Assembly (NCBI RefSeq): GCF_000150275.1
Contig: NW_002061020.1
Span: 1-28,656 of the forward strand
Direction of reading: 5' to 3'
DNA: 28,656 nucleotides
From: Trichoplax adhaerens
Lineage: Eukaryota; Animalia; Placozoa
In this document: one piece after another, positions 1-12,349 of the stretch
Layout of the letters: every line of letters starts with the position of its first letter
Numbering within the stretch: the stretch's first letter is position 1
Program-made: the position numbers and the translations under genes
The notes under the pieces: generated by a model
Seen by the model: only the letters and a program-made list of their open reading frames with translations
Database searches by the model: none
What the model was told of the DNA's origin: nothing

Positions 1-2
1 AG

Positions 3-1602
3 AATTCAAGGAAACTGAGCATTATGAACAAGTTTTTCCATGAGGATGAATATCATATCATTAAGAAGTATATGTTATGAAGTTGAAACTTTGCATATTA
101 TTAATACTCTACTTTGCCGAAAGACTATAATTAAAACTAATTTCAAAATTATAGACTATATTTGCCTGAAGCAACCGTTCTTCTGCTAATACTTGCTATT
201 TGCTGGACACTATTCGTGCTATTTATTGCCTTCAACAATACAATATTGCAGCATATTTTTGCAGCAGTGTGCGTTATAAAGGTATGAAAATTCTATATTA
301 TCAATAGCTTGTAAAAAAAGTAGCTACCCGCATCTTCCGCTGCAAGAGCAGTTTTGCTTTTAAATAAATTAAAGATCGATTTTTACTACAGTACGAAAAT
401 ATGGAAATATTTTATTTCATCTAGGCATAATTAATATAAATGTAATTTTTTGATGAAATTGCTGAAAATAGAAAATGTACATTGATTATGACTTAAATAA
501 TAATACTCACATACTTCATAAACGTTATATATCACTAGGGACTTTATGTATTTGCATTCTATGGATGTATAAATATAATTTATCACGGTCTTAAAACGGT
601 AAGTGATCCTCTTATCAGCTTAGTAAATCACTGCAGTTTGTATTGTCTGAAGCTTACGGAAAATCTCATAAATAAGGATATAATTGCACTAATATATGAA
701 GCATTTTTATAAATAATTAATTTTAATATCTATTTTATAATATTTTACTAGGTTGTTTGTCAATATTGCGTTAAACATTTTAATTTAAAAAAATCAACAG
801 TAAATAACTTTAAAAAATCGAACATCGAAGATGAATTAATACATTTTATGTCATGGCGATAAAATAGGGAGAAATAAATTGGTGCAAGTCTAGATTACCA
901 TACCTTAAGAATGAGAATTCTACAACTCCAAATTTCGAAAGTGAGTACATTTTAGCAAATTTTTTGTTAATGAGTAGCAGCATTTTAATTACTTTATATT
1001 TTATCTTATGTATCTGCTGTATACTAACAGTTTTATCAAAATAAGCATTTACAATTTATACTAAGCTAACTTGCTAAGTTAATTTCAAAATATATTTTAA
1101 AGTTACATGTTATGCCTGTATAAGCTACGAGCATTATAATTATACATAGACACTAACCAGTAGTTTCGATAACTTTAAATTCGAATGATTGTCATTTACT
1201 AAGGATCCTTATAGATTAATTGATAGAAATACTATATAGACAAACAGTATTAAGAATTTAATCTTATCTCTATATGTACACTGCACAGTGCCCAGTATAT
1301 TCATAAGTGCTTTATTTTCTATTAAAAGCTGCTAAAAAAGAAGATAAAGCTTCTTCTAGCAGTGATCATAGAATTACTAAGGTAAGTTATGATATTATTT
1401 ATGTAATGTAGTATAAAAATAGCGATGCATAATAAAATGAAATTGTTTCATGGCAGTAAGTAACAAGTTTACCTAATTTTGATAATTTGCTTAACAATAA
1501 CTGTGCAAAAATTTTAAATATTATTAAGCTATAGCTTACCTATGTATTTTATAGTATGAAAACTTGTATACGAATGGGGAACTGAATCAAGCAAGCTTTT
1601 AG
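3..1602 (+). CDS. 3' part (TM6-TM7 and cytoplasmic tail) of a secretin-family/adhesion-type 7TM GPCR; 5' end lies outside the window
   Basis: Hand-spliced GT-AG exons 3-67, 155-281, 539-598, 752-799, 868-940, 1329-1381, 1555-1602 keep one frame: ...KKLYLPEATVLLLILAICWTLFVLFIAFNNTILQHIFAAVCVIK|GLYVFAFYGCINIIYHGLKT|VVCQYC...YENLYTNGELNQASF*. This matches the family-2 TM6/TM7 pattern LLGxTW..F...YxFxxxNxxQGxFIF..C. The tail exons are less certain than the TM exons. Confidence 0.75.
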
Positions 1603-1695
1603 AATTCATACTAATTGGATAAGTCCCATATAGCTGTTATATAACCTTTTAGAATTCATACTAATCAGACATGTCCAATACAGCTTTTATAAAGA
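1596..1695. repeat. Two-copy 50-bp tandem duplication overlapping the GPCR stop codon
   Basis: cttttagaattcatactaat starts both copies (about 1596 and 1646); the rest of each unit aligns without gaps with a few mismatches. Confidence 0.85.
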
Positions 1696-2574
1696 TAGCG
1701 CTACATCGAATTATATTCGTTATGTTAGTTATTATTTCGTAAAGACTTTCATTGTAATGCAAAAGCTGCAAATGTCAGGGATTGATTTTCGTTGTAAAAT
1801 TTATCCTGAGAATTTCTTTACAGTCCGCATACACTAAGTTAGGTAATGGAAGCACACATAGGTTTATAATTGCAATCTAAATGCATATTGTAATGTTATT
1901 ATACAAACTATCATAGAAATAGATTGGTAAATTCAATAATTTTAATTCTCTCATAAAGTAATCGAGCCTAAATACTTACAGTAAGAAAAGCAAATTACGA
2001 TTGTGCTGCGGTAAATAGCCTATTCCATTGCACCGTACTAATATTTTTACATGTTATTGTACCAGCAGTTGTAGTATATTACTCATATTTACCTTGCTAG
2101 TCGTATTGATTATAATTAAATAATTAGTTTATGATAGATCGTGTGCTGTAGATAAACCATTTCATAAAAACACAATGTATTCTGACAATCTAAAATAAAA
2201 CATCAGATATCTATGTCTACAAATGGTACTGCGCAAATTAGCTACTATTAGATAGTTTGGTATAAATCCACAGCTTGAATTATGTGGAGGTTAATAATTC
2301 TGCCACTTATAACTACTTTATTAGAGTGCAGTATGTAAACTCCACCACCATATTGATTACCGTAGAGAGATTTAGTCAATTAGCACAATTTTGGCCAAAG
2401 TAAGAACGTACAGTACACTACTGTAACTGGAGTATTTCTCTCGGCTCGTATTGGTCCGTGGTATTATGCCACCAAGAGACCAGTTATACCATTACAGGTC
2501 ATACGGTGATGAGGTGATGTTATTGTTTTGAAAAGACGCCCGATTAATTATTTTACGGTACTGTATAAACAGAT

Positions 2575-2730
2575 TAACAGTACATCAGTCATCCTGAATG
2601 CTAAAAGTATCCAAGGTTTTTACTGATCAGATACAGACATACAGTCATCAGTCATACAGTCATCCTGAATGCTAAAAGATCAGATATCCTGCAATGATAC
2701 CAACATGATCGTACATGATCGTTGATCATC
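2575..2730. repeat. Patchwork of short local direct repeats
   Basis: cagtcatcctgaatgctaaaag is exact at 2586-2607 and 2657-2678. It is interleaved with acagtcat/gatcagata fragments and followed by acatgatcgt x2. Confidence 0.75.
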
Positions 2731-3204
2731 TTTCCATCCTTTACCATGATTTGCGATACAAAGTTTATGTAGATTTAAATTACATATTTAAATAAAGCAT
2801 CTTATTTGCAATAGATTGATACCAAATTTGTCTAATTTGGTGTTGAAATTGTGTTTTTATATAACTTCAATCATCGTAAATTTTTCATGAGACACCCTGG
2901 ACTCTACAGTTACAGTAAACTGGAGTATTGGCGTAAGCAACATGCGCAATAGCCAGAAAGATACAGTCATAAAGGAAACTGTTGCAGTATTTTGTAGTTT
3001 TAAGAATGCTTTGAACGCCAATCATTGGTGTAAGTGTAAGTACGTCAATGATGAAAGAGTACAGTAAAGTGAAACATTGAAGTGTAGCCTGCTCTTTTTA
3101 GATTTGATACACAGCACTGTAATGTATGTATAGTATAGCCATACTGGACTACATTACACCAGTTTTTTACTATTTAGCCATACTCTACATCTATTTTATC
3201 ATCA

Positions 3205-3248
3205 CTAGTACAAACTCCCGTCGCTTTGTTGACGGTTTACGATAATGT
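3205..3248 (-). mobile_element. Helitron-type 3' terminus (non-autonomous element end)
   Basis: The minus strand reads acattatcgtaaaCCGTCaacaaagcGACGGgagtttgtaCTAG|T: a GC-rich hairpin 9 nt before a terminal CTAG followed by T. It is 42/44 identical to 23015-23058. Confidence 0.75.
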
Positions 3249-3492
3249 TAAAGGCTCCACTGCTGGATAGCGAGGTGCTGCAAATGCAAAATATTGAGCT
3301 TGGCAATCATGAATTACAACGCTGTGTAATCTGCGATCCACTGCACTAAGACAACTACAAATTATCCCAGTATATCGTGTATTAGCATATTGTCGAAAAC
3401 TACTATCGCACAACTATTGTACAATACAATACTTGTATTGTATAATAGCATTGCTTATATTGATGTGAGCTGCATGCCCTAATAAATTAACA

Positions 3493-5931
3493 ATGTCTGA
3501 TCAAGTCGTAAGAAAAAATAAAGCGGTTAATGTTCACTGTCCAGATCCAACTCAATCGTCATCGTCGTTGCAATTGAATCAATAGATAAACAATTTAACG
3601 GAACCGATAATATTCAAGGGAATGATTGAAGAGTGGGCAAGTCGCCAGTGGACACCAAGGTATTTTACTGATCAACTAGGTGATTTGCCTGTGAAGGTTA
3701 AAATTGGACCGAACGCAGCTACTATTTCGTCCAATAATCCAATCTTAGAAACCGATTGTTGTTATGAAGTATGCACGATGCAAGAATATAATCAATGGTT
3801 GAACAAAGACCCGAATTGTGGCAATTTAAATCAGTACGATCCTGATTTATGTTGGTGTTATGTAGATTATCAGTACATTGCACTTACCTTTCAAGCATAT
3901 CCAGAAATTCCACAAAGTATTGATTGGAGTAAGTTTGGATTGAATGGACGCAAAGGTGATCAGTCGACTTTCTGGATGGGCAGCAAGGGTGCAAGTACAC
4001 CTTGTCATTACGATAGTTATGGCTGTAATCTCGTTGCGCAATTATATGGTAGGAAAAAGTGGTTATTGGTAGCTCCTGATGAATCCCAATACATGTATCC
4101 TATCAGAGTGCCGTATGAAGAATCATCCATCTTTAGCGCTGTCAACATGAAATCTCCCAACCTTGTGTCGTACCCTAAGTTTGCCAATGTGACGATCTAC
4201 GAGGTATTAGCTGTGAATGCAATATTGCATAATGAATAGTTTTGATTTGCAATCTCAAAAAAGTCAACGTTGTAGTAATAATAAGTATAAACATTCACTT
4301 TTATGAGCAATCTCATAATAATTCTCATTGACTGCACCCCTTGAGACCAGTTGTGATAGTAGAAGTACAAATACAGAATAAGATGAGGGCTGATATACTC
4401 GTACCTACATCTACCGTACGAAGAATCATCGATCACGTTATTCGTTCGTTCGGAGATATTACAATAAAAATGCTATGCGGGACATAACTATGAATATGAC
4501 ATTTTAAGAACCAGTAGATCTAGTTAGCTAGACTAGCTATAATATGTAAACTAGTTGGAAATGTTGTTACCAGCGTTCCTATAATCTAGTCGATTTTTTA
4601 TTCCATCATTCCATGAAGGAAACTATCTCATAATGAAATCACTGCTATTGCAAAACTTTCGTCTCGTGTTCCTATAGGGCGTAACTTTTATCGTCTTAAA
4701 AGCTACAGTTTATAAAGTAACATGTTTTATTTATTGAATTTGAAAGATATTGCTTAACTATCTGCAATACTAGAAATCTTATCAAAATGTTGATCTAGAA
4801 TAACTGCAGATTTGAATTATCTTAGGTGATCTTAGAACCTGGCGACGTCTTATTTGTGCCCAAGTATTGGTGGCATGATGTAGAGTGCTTGGAAACAGCA
4901 ATTAGTGTTAATACCTGGATCGCTCTAGTGCGTTACATATTTCTACAGAAATCGCATCGTTATATTATTACTATTGATATGGCTATGAAATATAAGAACA
5001 ATTACCATACGTATTATAAAACTGAAAATATTTTTAATTTATTTACTCGTGATCTACTAGTATCATTATTTCAACAACTACTAACTTTTATTATTCTTAG
5101 CCTTCCGACGGTATGGATCGTCTGTGTGAAGCAGTGACAAAAACTGTTGTAAGTAATATATTCTAATGTATTGGAGTACAGTACGGTACGTTTAGATGGG
5201 CATATTTTTCTTGCTTTAATCAACCAAGATCGCCTTATTTATTTAATGTTATGGTGCTCAACTACATGATACTAAGATTTAATATAAATAACACAAACTT
5301 AGGTATTTGCTTTAAAATCCGCGGAAGGAAATAAAATTACGCAATGGCTGAATCCGTCAGAGGTAAGGAGTAACATAGGCATTATCAGGGAAAAAATTAA
5401 TTTTCAATTGTTTTCGTAAAATAGTCAAAATTAGTAAGTTCTGTAACAACCTTGTCGTCCGTGGAAAGATGGTATAATTATTGGTATTAAATATTGAACA
5501 GTTAGTTTTGTATTAATATTTTGTATTGTACGGTATCGCATGGCACGGTTATCAACGATTTTCCATAGATATTAAGGCTGCAGCATTTGTCCTCTTTTTT
5601 CATTTTTGGAAAATGCTTATTTTTAGTGACTCTAAGGATGGTGCACTTTATTCTTATCAAAAGTATTAGTTATACCGAAATTGTCACATACACGTAATGT
5701 AATAGAAGATCAAAACCTACTTTCATTTCGTAGGTTCCAACAAGTTACCAGACAAACATTGGTTACCTTAAGAACTCATTGGAACAACTAATGCCAAAAT
5801 TACATACAGACTTTCCCAATTTGTATAAAGACGATTTATTAGACAGAGTCATTAATTCTTTGCTATCACCGGACCTGATCAAAGTAGCAGCAGAAAGGAT
5901 TATTTCCTCGTTTACTGCTAGTAACGATTAG
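3493..5931 (+). CDS. HSPBAP1: HSPB1-associated protein 1-like JmjC (cupin-8) 2-oxoglutarate/Fe(II) oxygenase, about 346 aa, 6 exons
   Basis: Exons 3493-3507, 3586-4203, 4826-4927, 5101-5148, 5303-5362, 5734-5931, all phase 0 with GT-AG introns. Motifs STFWMGSKGASTPCHYDSYGCNLVAQLYGRKKW, PIRVPYEESSIFS, LEPGDVLFVPKYWWHDVE, DRLCEAVTK, ALKSAE..WLNPSE and the C-terminal LLSPDLIK are characteristic of HSPBAP1. The HxD...H triad is intact. The first exon is tentative. Confidence 0.9.
4330..4434 (+). pseudogene. Decayed relic copy of part of the JmjC exon inside intron 2
   Basis: ccgtacgaagaatcatcgatc (4414-4434, PYEESSI) matches exon 4111-4131 at 19/21, and both differences are synonymous. Weaker similarity continues upstream with stops. 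Confidence 0.55.
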
Positions 5932-7362
5932 GACATGTACTTTTTGAAAGCTCAAGTCATAATCAATCGTATTTAATTGTAAATATAAGTTTTGAACGCT
6001 TATTTTAATCAATCGGCACTGTTGTACTGTAACAACATATTATAATACTTTTTCAGATTTTCTGTTCATAATTATACAAATTTACTTTACAATGCTGCAT
6101 AACTGCAGATGACATTCACTTTGTATGTTTTTAGTAAAAAGTGTGGATGTACAGTAATTATATAACAACAGGTAGGATGTTATGATACCTGTAGGCCTTC
6201 TCACTATAAAAATTTGGAGCACTTCTTGAAATAGTTTCTTGATGATGTTGGCTCGTTATTAAAAACCCAAGATTGAACAGTTTTGGAGGCTTCGGTACTT
6301 ATTCTTGACGTACTAAAATTATAGGTATGAACTTGAAAATCTTTTCACAGCGGTTCACGTTTAGCTGTGATACTATAATTGATATCGATTTAGACTACTC
6401 TCTAAATTACGTATTACCTGATTGAAAGATATGGAATTTTTTGACGCTCTTTCTTACTAGTGTGAAAGGAGGTCTAAGTATAAGAGCTCATGGTACTGTT
6501 ACTGATTCAATCTTGCAAAGGTATACGCTTTAAAATAGTTAGCTGAGTTCGTTCTCCTTTGAGATTAAACTCGCAAACATTAGAATCGCATATTGATATT
6601 ACCTCATTGAATTCTCAAAATGAGAAATTTGAAGGAGCTGTAAATAATATTATGAATGAAGTAAATGTGTTACTATCTAATTTTATTCACATTGGACTGC
6701 GTCCTGCATATATGTTCAGGTCTTTGATTATCGATAAGTATTCAATAAACTACGAATGCGAATAATTAATCGAAATTATTAATGGCTTTCTTTATTGCTT
6801 TATTTAATATTTTTCCCTGTAGTATTCCTACGCATTGTAAATATGCAAAATTTAAGTGTAAATATTGCTATTAAGGCAAAACCGATATGTGGCCTAAAGA
6901 CATCATTATAGGTGAATACTGTAGTTGAACACTTTAATTAACTAAACTGCTAGCGTAGATAACATACCGTTATTGTGCTTTTGTGTCTGATGATAACCAT
7001 GTATTACATGACAAATCCAACATCAAGATAACTCTACGCTTAATCGATAATAAATGATTAAGGGAGGAACTGGTATAACTGTTTACCGTATTAAATATCA
7101 GAGCTTATTAAGATCTAGCCTTGATTGCTAAGCAACATAGCGAATACAGCAAGTATGATGTATCTGCAAAAGTACGCATTTGCATGTGTAAGAAACTCAC
7201 TCACAATCGGATTTAGTAGCAGGAATGACGATGAGTTGTAACAGTAACTATGCACATATGATAATATATACTAATCATAGCCGTATCTGCGGCTAAATCA
7301 GCAAATCCTAGTTGCAAAATACATGTCCATGAGGTATCGCACTTAAGGCAGTTTACCGTTAC

Positions 7363-9295
7363 TTAATCATTACTTCCGCCATAGTCATCGTGCTGCTGCA
7401 AATAGTCGTCAAGATAAATCTGTTCTTCATTTTCTTGGTTTTCTTCGATGTTTTCTTGTATTTCAGAATGACGTAATGGCCTGTCTTTTTTCCCATAAAA
7501 TCCTTCTAATACTCTCTTAGATTCGTAAGCAAACCAGGTATCACCTCTAGTAATTGGTGTCGGTAGGGAAAATCGGGCGCGTGGAGGACTTGTTTGCTTT
7601 ATATGATCACTCTTACGTCTGGTTTTATCAAAGGGTTGCTCATTTGAGAATTTGGGTGAAATTGTATTCCAAGAAGTTTGTAATATTTCACTGTCCATTT
7701 GAGTTCGATCAACTGAATCTCTTGATTGTTCGGGATCTCTTTGACTATTATGCTGATTTAACTTGGAAGAATTGAAATCATATTGTCGGTTTTCTTGATC
7801 GATACTAATATCTTTATCAAATGGCAAATCGAACGCTGTATCGGGTAGAGGTACTTTACTTTTTCCTCTTTCATAGGGTGAATGCTGTCTTACTTGCTGA
7901 GTTACCTTATTGGTATTGCATTCATGAATTCTACTATCCTGTCGATGAGATATCTTCATTTTGCTATGGCGTTTAAAGTCTTTAACAGTAGGCAAATGTT
8001 GCGATGTTGTTTTTTCTTCATTTTTATCTTTTATTTTGCGGCTTAATACCTGTTCAATGTTATTATATTCTGACCCTAGCAAGACAGTAAATAATCTGTA
8101 ATAGTGGTAAAATAGAACTTATAACAATGAATTGTACTCTTGATGAAGTTATCTACCTGGTAGTTGAAAAACATCCCACTCCGAAACATCATCATCTTCA
8201 CTATACTGCTTTCGATAGAGCTTAAATTGAGTTGGATAGATTGACTTATCATTACATGGCTTAACATTCCATTCGCCTCGACGTTTTGCAGATCGATTTC
8301 GGACATGACTACATTTAAATAGTTATTAAAGTGTTTAAAATTTCGTCAGTAATTTGTGCCAAGTATCTTCAATAATGAAAAATTGATATGAAGCCACCAG
8401 CTAAATACATGTACACTATGTCAGCATCAGATATATGGTCTATTAATACGAGATTGCCGAGCAATTATGGGGAATACTTAGCACTAATCTTGAAGTAGTA
8501 GTTTCACATTGGAAGATATTTCATGCTGCTATTTTAAATATGTTGATTGTAATATCCATATATTAGAATTAACTGAATTTTAGAGAATTGACCGCAAACT
8601 AAGTAACACGGGAAAGTTGATTTTAATGTTGACTGTAGCTATATTCTGATATCCACATTAGGTGGTAATCTGATTGACATCATAAGGTAATCACGTAAAT
8701 GACTAGCTTCTACGCCTTGATTTCAGAGGATCTTCAACATTAGGATAACACTACAGGTACTACAAGGACAATAGAAACCTGCAATAACATTTTTTAAAAC
8801 TTACCATTGGTGTATTAAGCACACGACCAAAAGTATGAAATATTACCAGTATGGCTTTAGGATTACGAAAATGATATAAGTTTACTTTTACAAAGCTTAC
8901 CATTTATGTAGTGAGCACTCAATTAGAAGTATAAGTCCTGCTATCAGAGCCATCAAGATACAGGTACCGAATAAAACGTAGGAAGCGATGATTAAACTGT
9001 TGGCTACTAAAATGACGTAAGAATTAATCAATAAAAGTACTGCATCAGTTAGATTGTCAAAGTGTAATTTGCCTCGGCTAGGCAAAATCGTAAATGATCA
9101 TAATATGTCATAATGTTTAGGCTTTGCCATTCTTACTTTGACATTGTTCGACCGCTACCGATGCTGATGATGATGTAGTTAAACCGTAAGGACATGGCCA
9201 ACAGTCGGATTGATTTGCATATGGTTGATAAGTACCGACTTGACAAGGCAGGCAAGTTTGATCGGACTGGAGGTAGTACCCAGGAGGACAAATGA
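7363..9295 (-). CDS. 3' part of a single-pass membrane protein: GCC2/GCC3 (ephrin-receptor-like) Cys-rich repeat, TM helix, long polar cytoplasmic tail; 5' exons not found
   Basis: Exons 9295-9137 (ICPPGYYLQSDQTCLPCQVGTYQPYANQSDCWPCPYGLTTSSSASVAVEQCQ, phase 1-1), 9003-8901 (TM: LIIASYVLFGTCILMALIAGLILLI), 8308-8157 (basic HVRNRSAKRR...DVFQLP) and 8075-7363 (tail to TAA) splice in frame with GT-AG sites. Confidence 0.8.
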
Positions 9296-9749
9296 CTAGT
9301 TAAATACATTAAATTTAGACGATAAATAAATTATAGAAATATAATCATGATCATCTGTCAATCCTTCTTTTGCTAAAAAAATTTAGCTATACTTTATCCC
9401 TCATATTATCGTTATATCAGTAATAGAATTGAATATCTCAACCACAAAATCTAACATTATTCTTTTCTATTCTAATTATAGAATTCGAATCTATAACTAT
9501 CATGCATTTTAGTAATGACGTGGTTAACCGATCTCGATATCCATATACTGGTGCATCATTTACACCGTACATGACGAAAGCAAACTCGGCCCCTTAACTT
9601 TATTTTGTTGCTTGCGTAGACTTGTACAACATATAAAAAATACATGTAAAATACTCCGCTTGTAAATTTACTGCAGTATATCGCTCATTCTACGAAGTAT
9701 TATAAAATTATGACTGCTCAGTAAAATCTGGAATTATGTGACCATCGAT

Positions 9750-11505
9750 AAATTAGAAATGGAAATATTTTGAACGATAGCTTTCCATAAATATTAAACA
9801 TGCATAAAGGAAACTATACCCTTTTCGGTAGCATGGATTATAAATAATTATCAAACAATATAGGGTGCTACTTTGTCATGGCAAATTAGAACTTCCATAA
9901 ATTGTAATTGCAGTAAGTTCTTAGTTAACATACGGTAAGTATATGTAATAAAATTGGAAGGGATGTTTATCTATTATGAGCTATTTCAAGAGATTCTTGC
10001 TCCGTTATAACTAATTATATCAATGCATTAGTCTACCATGCCATTACAGATGAGGTCCAACGTTTGTTAATAAAAACGGACAAGTCTTCAGTCAATACGT
10101 ATGAAAAAATTGAGTACTCATGAATCTGTTAAAATTTCTTAGTAGTTTAATGGTCTTTATGGTAATCAAGATTTGTATCTAGAGGAAAAGTACTGTAGTA
10201 AAGATATTGCGCCACAGCATAAACACTGAAACTGAAACCTTAACTGTGGCAATTGTACAAATTCCAAGTAAAATCAAATTGCGGATAGTGAATATTACTA
10301 TAATAACTAGATTACGAAGTCTTCTACTACGGCTCCTCTTGATAAGGATAAAGCAATATTCCCAAAACCGATAAAGTTTTAAAATTGTAATAGGATTAAA
10401 GTAAATAAGTGAAGAATGATTTAAATCGAAAACATAAAAGAATAATAAAGTAGAGAATAGGCTAATAGATATTGACTTAAAATTTCATTTCAATGTCAGT
10501 GCAAAAGCTCTAAGAATCCAAATCAGAGGAAACATGTTTGGAAATCATTTCTAGGAGCACGTTGCTTAATGAAGTAATAATTCTGATGATGATTTAAATT
10601 GAAGGTATACTGTAGTTAAAACTGATGATATGGGAAACGATAAAGAGGAGAATGTGATTGATGATTATTTTATTTTAAGCATTTGCTTCAAATACTGTAA
10701 GCTACACTTTCAAATCATAATTGATGAACTTCTTGAAACGCGTTTTAATCGCCATTATTTAATTAACTGAGTAACCTCCATAATAATGATATTAAAATTA
10801 TAACTTAAAATTATATCCTTCATTCAAAATACAGGAATAAATAATAAAGCTGAGAGTTAATCCACGAATAATTTGATTTGAAACAGTAAATTTAAATTCA
10901 AATTCTAGAAAGCAATTTAAAAATAATTTCAAAGGTCTATTATTTGACGGAGTACTTCCAGCTCGGGAATAATTCAATTGGATGCATGAGTTTAATTGAA
11001 TAAAATAACGTATAAATGACGTAGGATCGAATTAACAAATGTTTTATCTAAAGATTAATTTCAAATGCTCTTATTGGAATACAGTGAGACCCGTATCGCT
11101 TCAATGAATCATTGATCAAAAGATTGTTAGCTCTAAAGCGTAACTCAATGTTAAATTAAGAATACGGAAAAAAGAAATAGTAAAGAATTTATTCTTCCTT
11201 AAATATTACTTCTAAACGCCTTAGTTAAGGAAGTACGTTTAAAACCCACATCAGAGAAAAACAAATAAAAATCGTTTCCAGGGCCTACACTTATGAAAAT
11301 AATTGAGCTAGTTTTACCGAAAGATGATCCAGAAACTGTCTGTCCTGTATTTTCCATCATCTACCTGTTAAAGGATAATAATTGCATTTCTGATTGGAAT
11401 GTCTTACTTGCTTGCGCTATTACTAATCTCGTAGTTGCTTTCAAGATCAGCACAATCACGTCAGCTAGATTTTACTTGAAAGAAATAGCTTCAATAGATC
11501 CTTAA
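9750..11505 (+). pseudogene. Heavily decayed intron-less ankyrin/helical-repeat gene (boundaries approximate)
   Basis: Allowing frameshifts, 9784-9882 reads SINIKHA.KG.TIPFSVAWIINNYQTI/RVLLCHG, in register with the ankyrin consensus IN.kD..G.TPLh.A...g..eiv..LL..G. Further fragments are NKIGRDVYLL*AI, EVQRLLIKTDKSSVN and SRGK/STVVKIL. ORF 11293-11505 has ISDWNVLLACAI, which resembles the motif at 12350-13002. Confidence 0.5.
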
Positions 11506-12349
11506 CGATGTCAATATGTAATAAAACAATAAGCCCACTAAATATAGATTCCGAATTTAGTTAATTAAAGACGTAAATAGCTTTAAATGGGTACTTCAAA
11601 CTCAAACAGTTATCGCTACATTACAGGATATTGAGTAGTACAATAATAAAATGGAGCTTGAATTAGTAAAGATCGTGATCAAAATACCATTCCTATTAGC
11701 AAGTTTCAAGGATATTAAATGTAACGCGGAAATGTATTAAGTACTATACTGTTGAGAAGAAATGGATTGCTTTAATGTCAGTTGGAAGTAAGATTCTCGA
11801 TTGTAATAAATTGAAAATTTTAAACCAGTTATAGTATTAATTAAATTTCAGTGGTTTTGGCATCAAAGGCTGTAATTATCTTGGAAGTCTATATAGTAAG
11901 ATAATCGAGTTATAAATTTTCTTTTAATGTATTGCTTTGTACAGAATACGCTCATGTTCACTTGAATAGGTGGCTTATTAGTATAAATTAAAGGCGATCT
12001 TTAACCATGGCGTATGCGATATTGTACTATTATTGATCGACTTTGAGTAATGAAAGCGATCAAGTTGAGGGTTGGTTCTAACTCAATCCTCCATTTTACG
12101 ATACTATACACTTTGGAGCATGAAATTTTGCAAATACTATTCATTTTAGATGGTCTATAGATTTGACATCCTGAGCCAGACATGGCAATAGTATCCTAGT
12201 TAGCCTGAATTTATATTTGGAGGGTATTATCCTTTGCATCACTTTATTTACTGAATGGTAAAATAGTAGATTTTATTTCATAAGTATAAAGCCTTTCTCG
12301 GATAAAAACTAAGAAATGTAATTTTAAAAGGCGACTTACGCGAAGACAA

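Noticed and set aside
6204-7250. Possible extra minus-strand exons downstream of the receptor stop (e.g. 6473-6418 joined to 6312-6204)
   Set aside because: Splice-like sites exist, but I could not link them in frame to the gene and they have no recognisable homology.
8076-8306. 76-aa minus ORF MSEIDLQ...
   Set aside because: Wrong frame. The exon 8308-8157 splices in another frame that joins the TM and tail exons.
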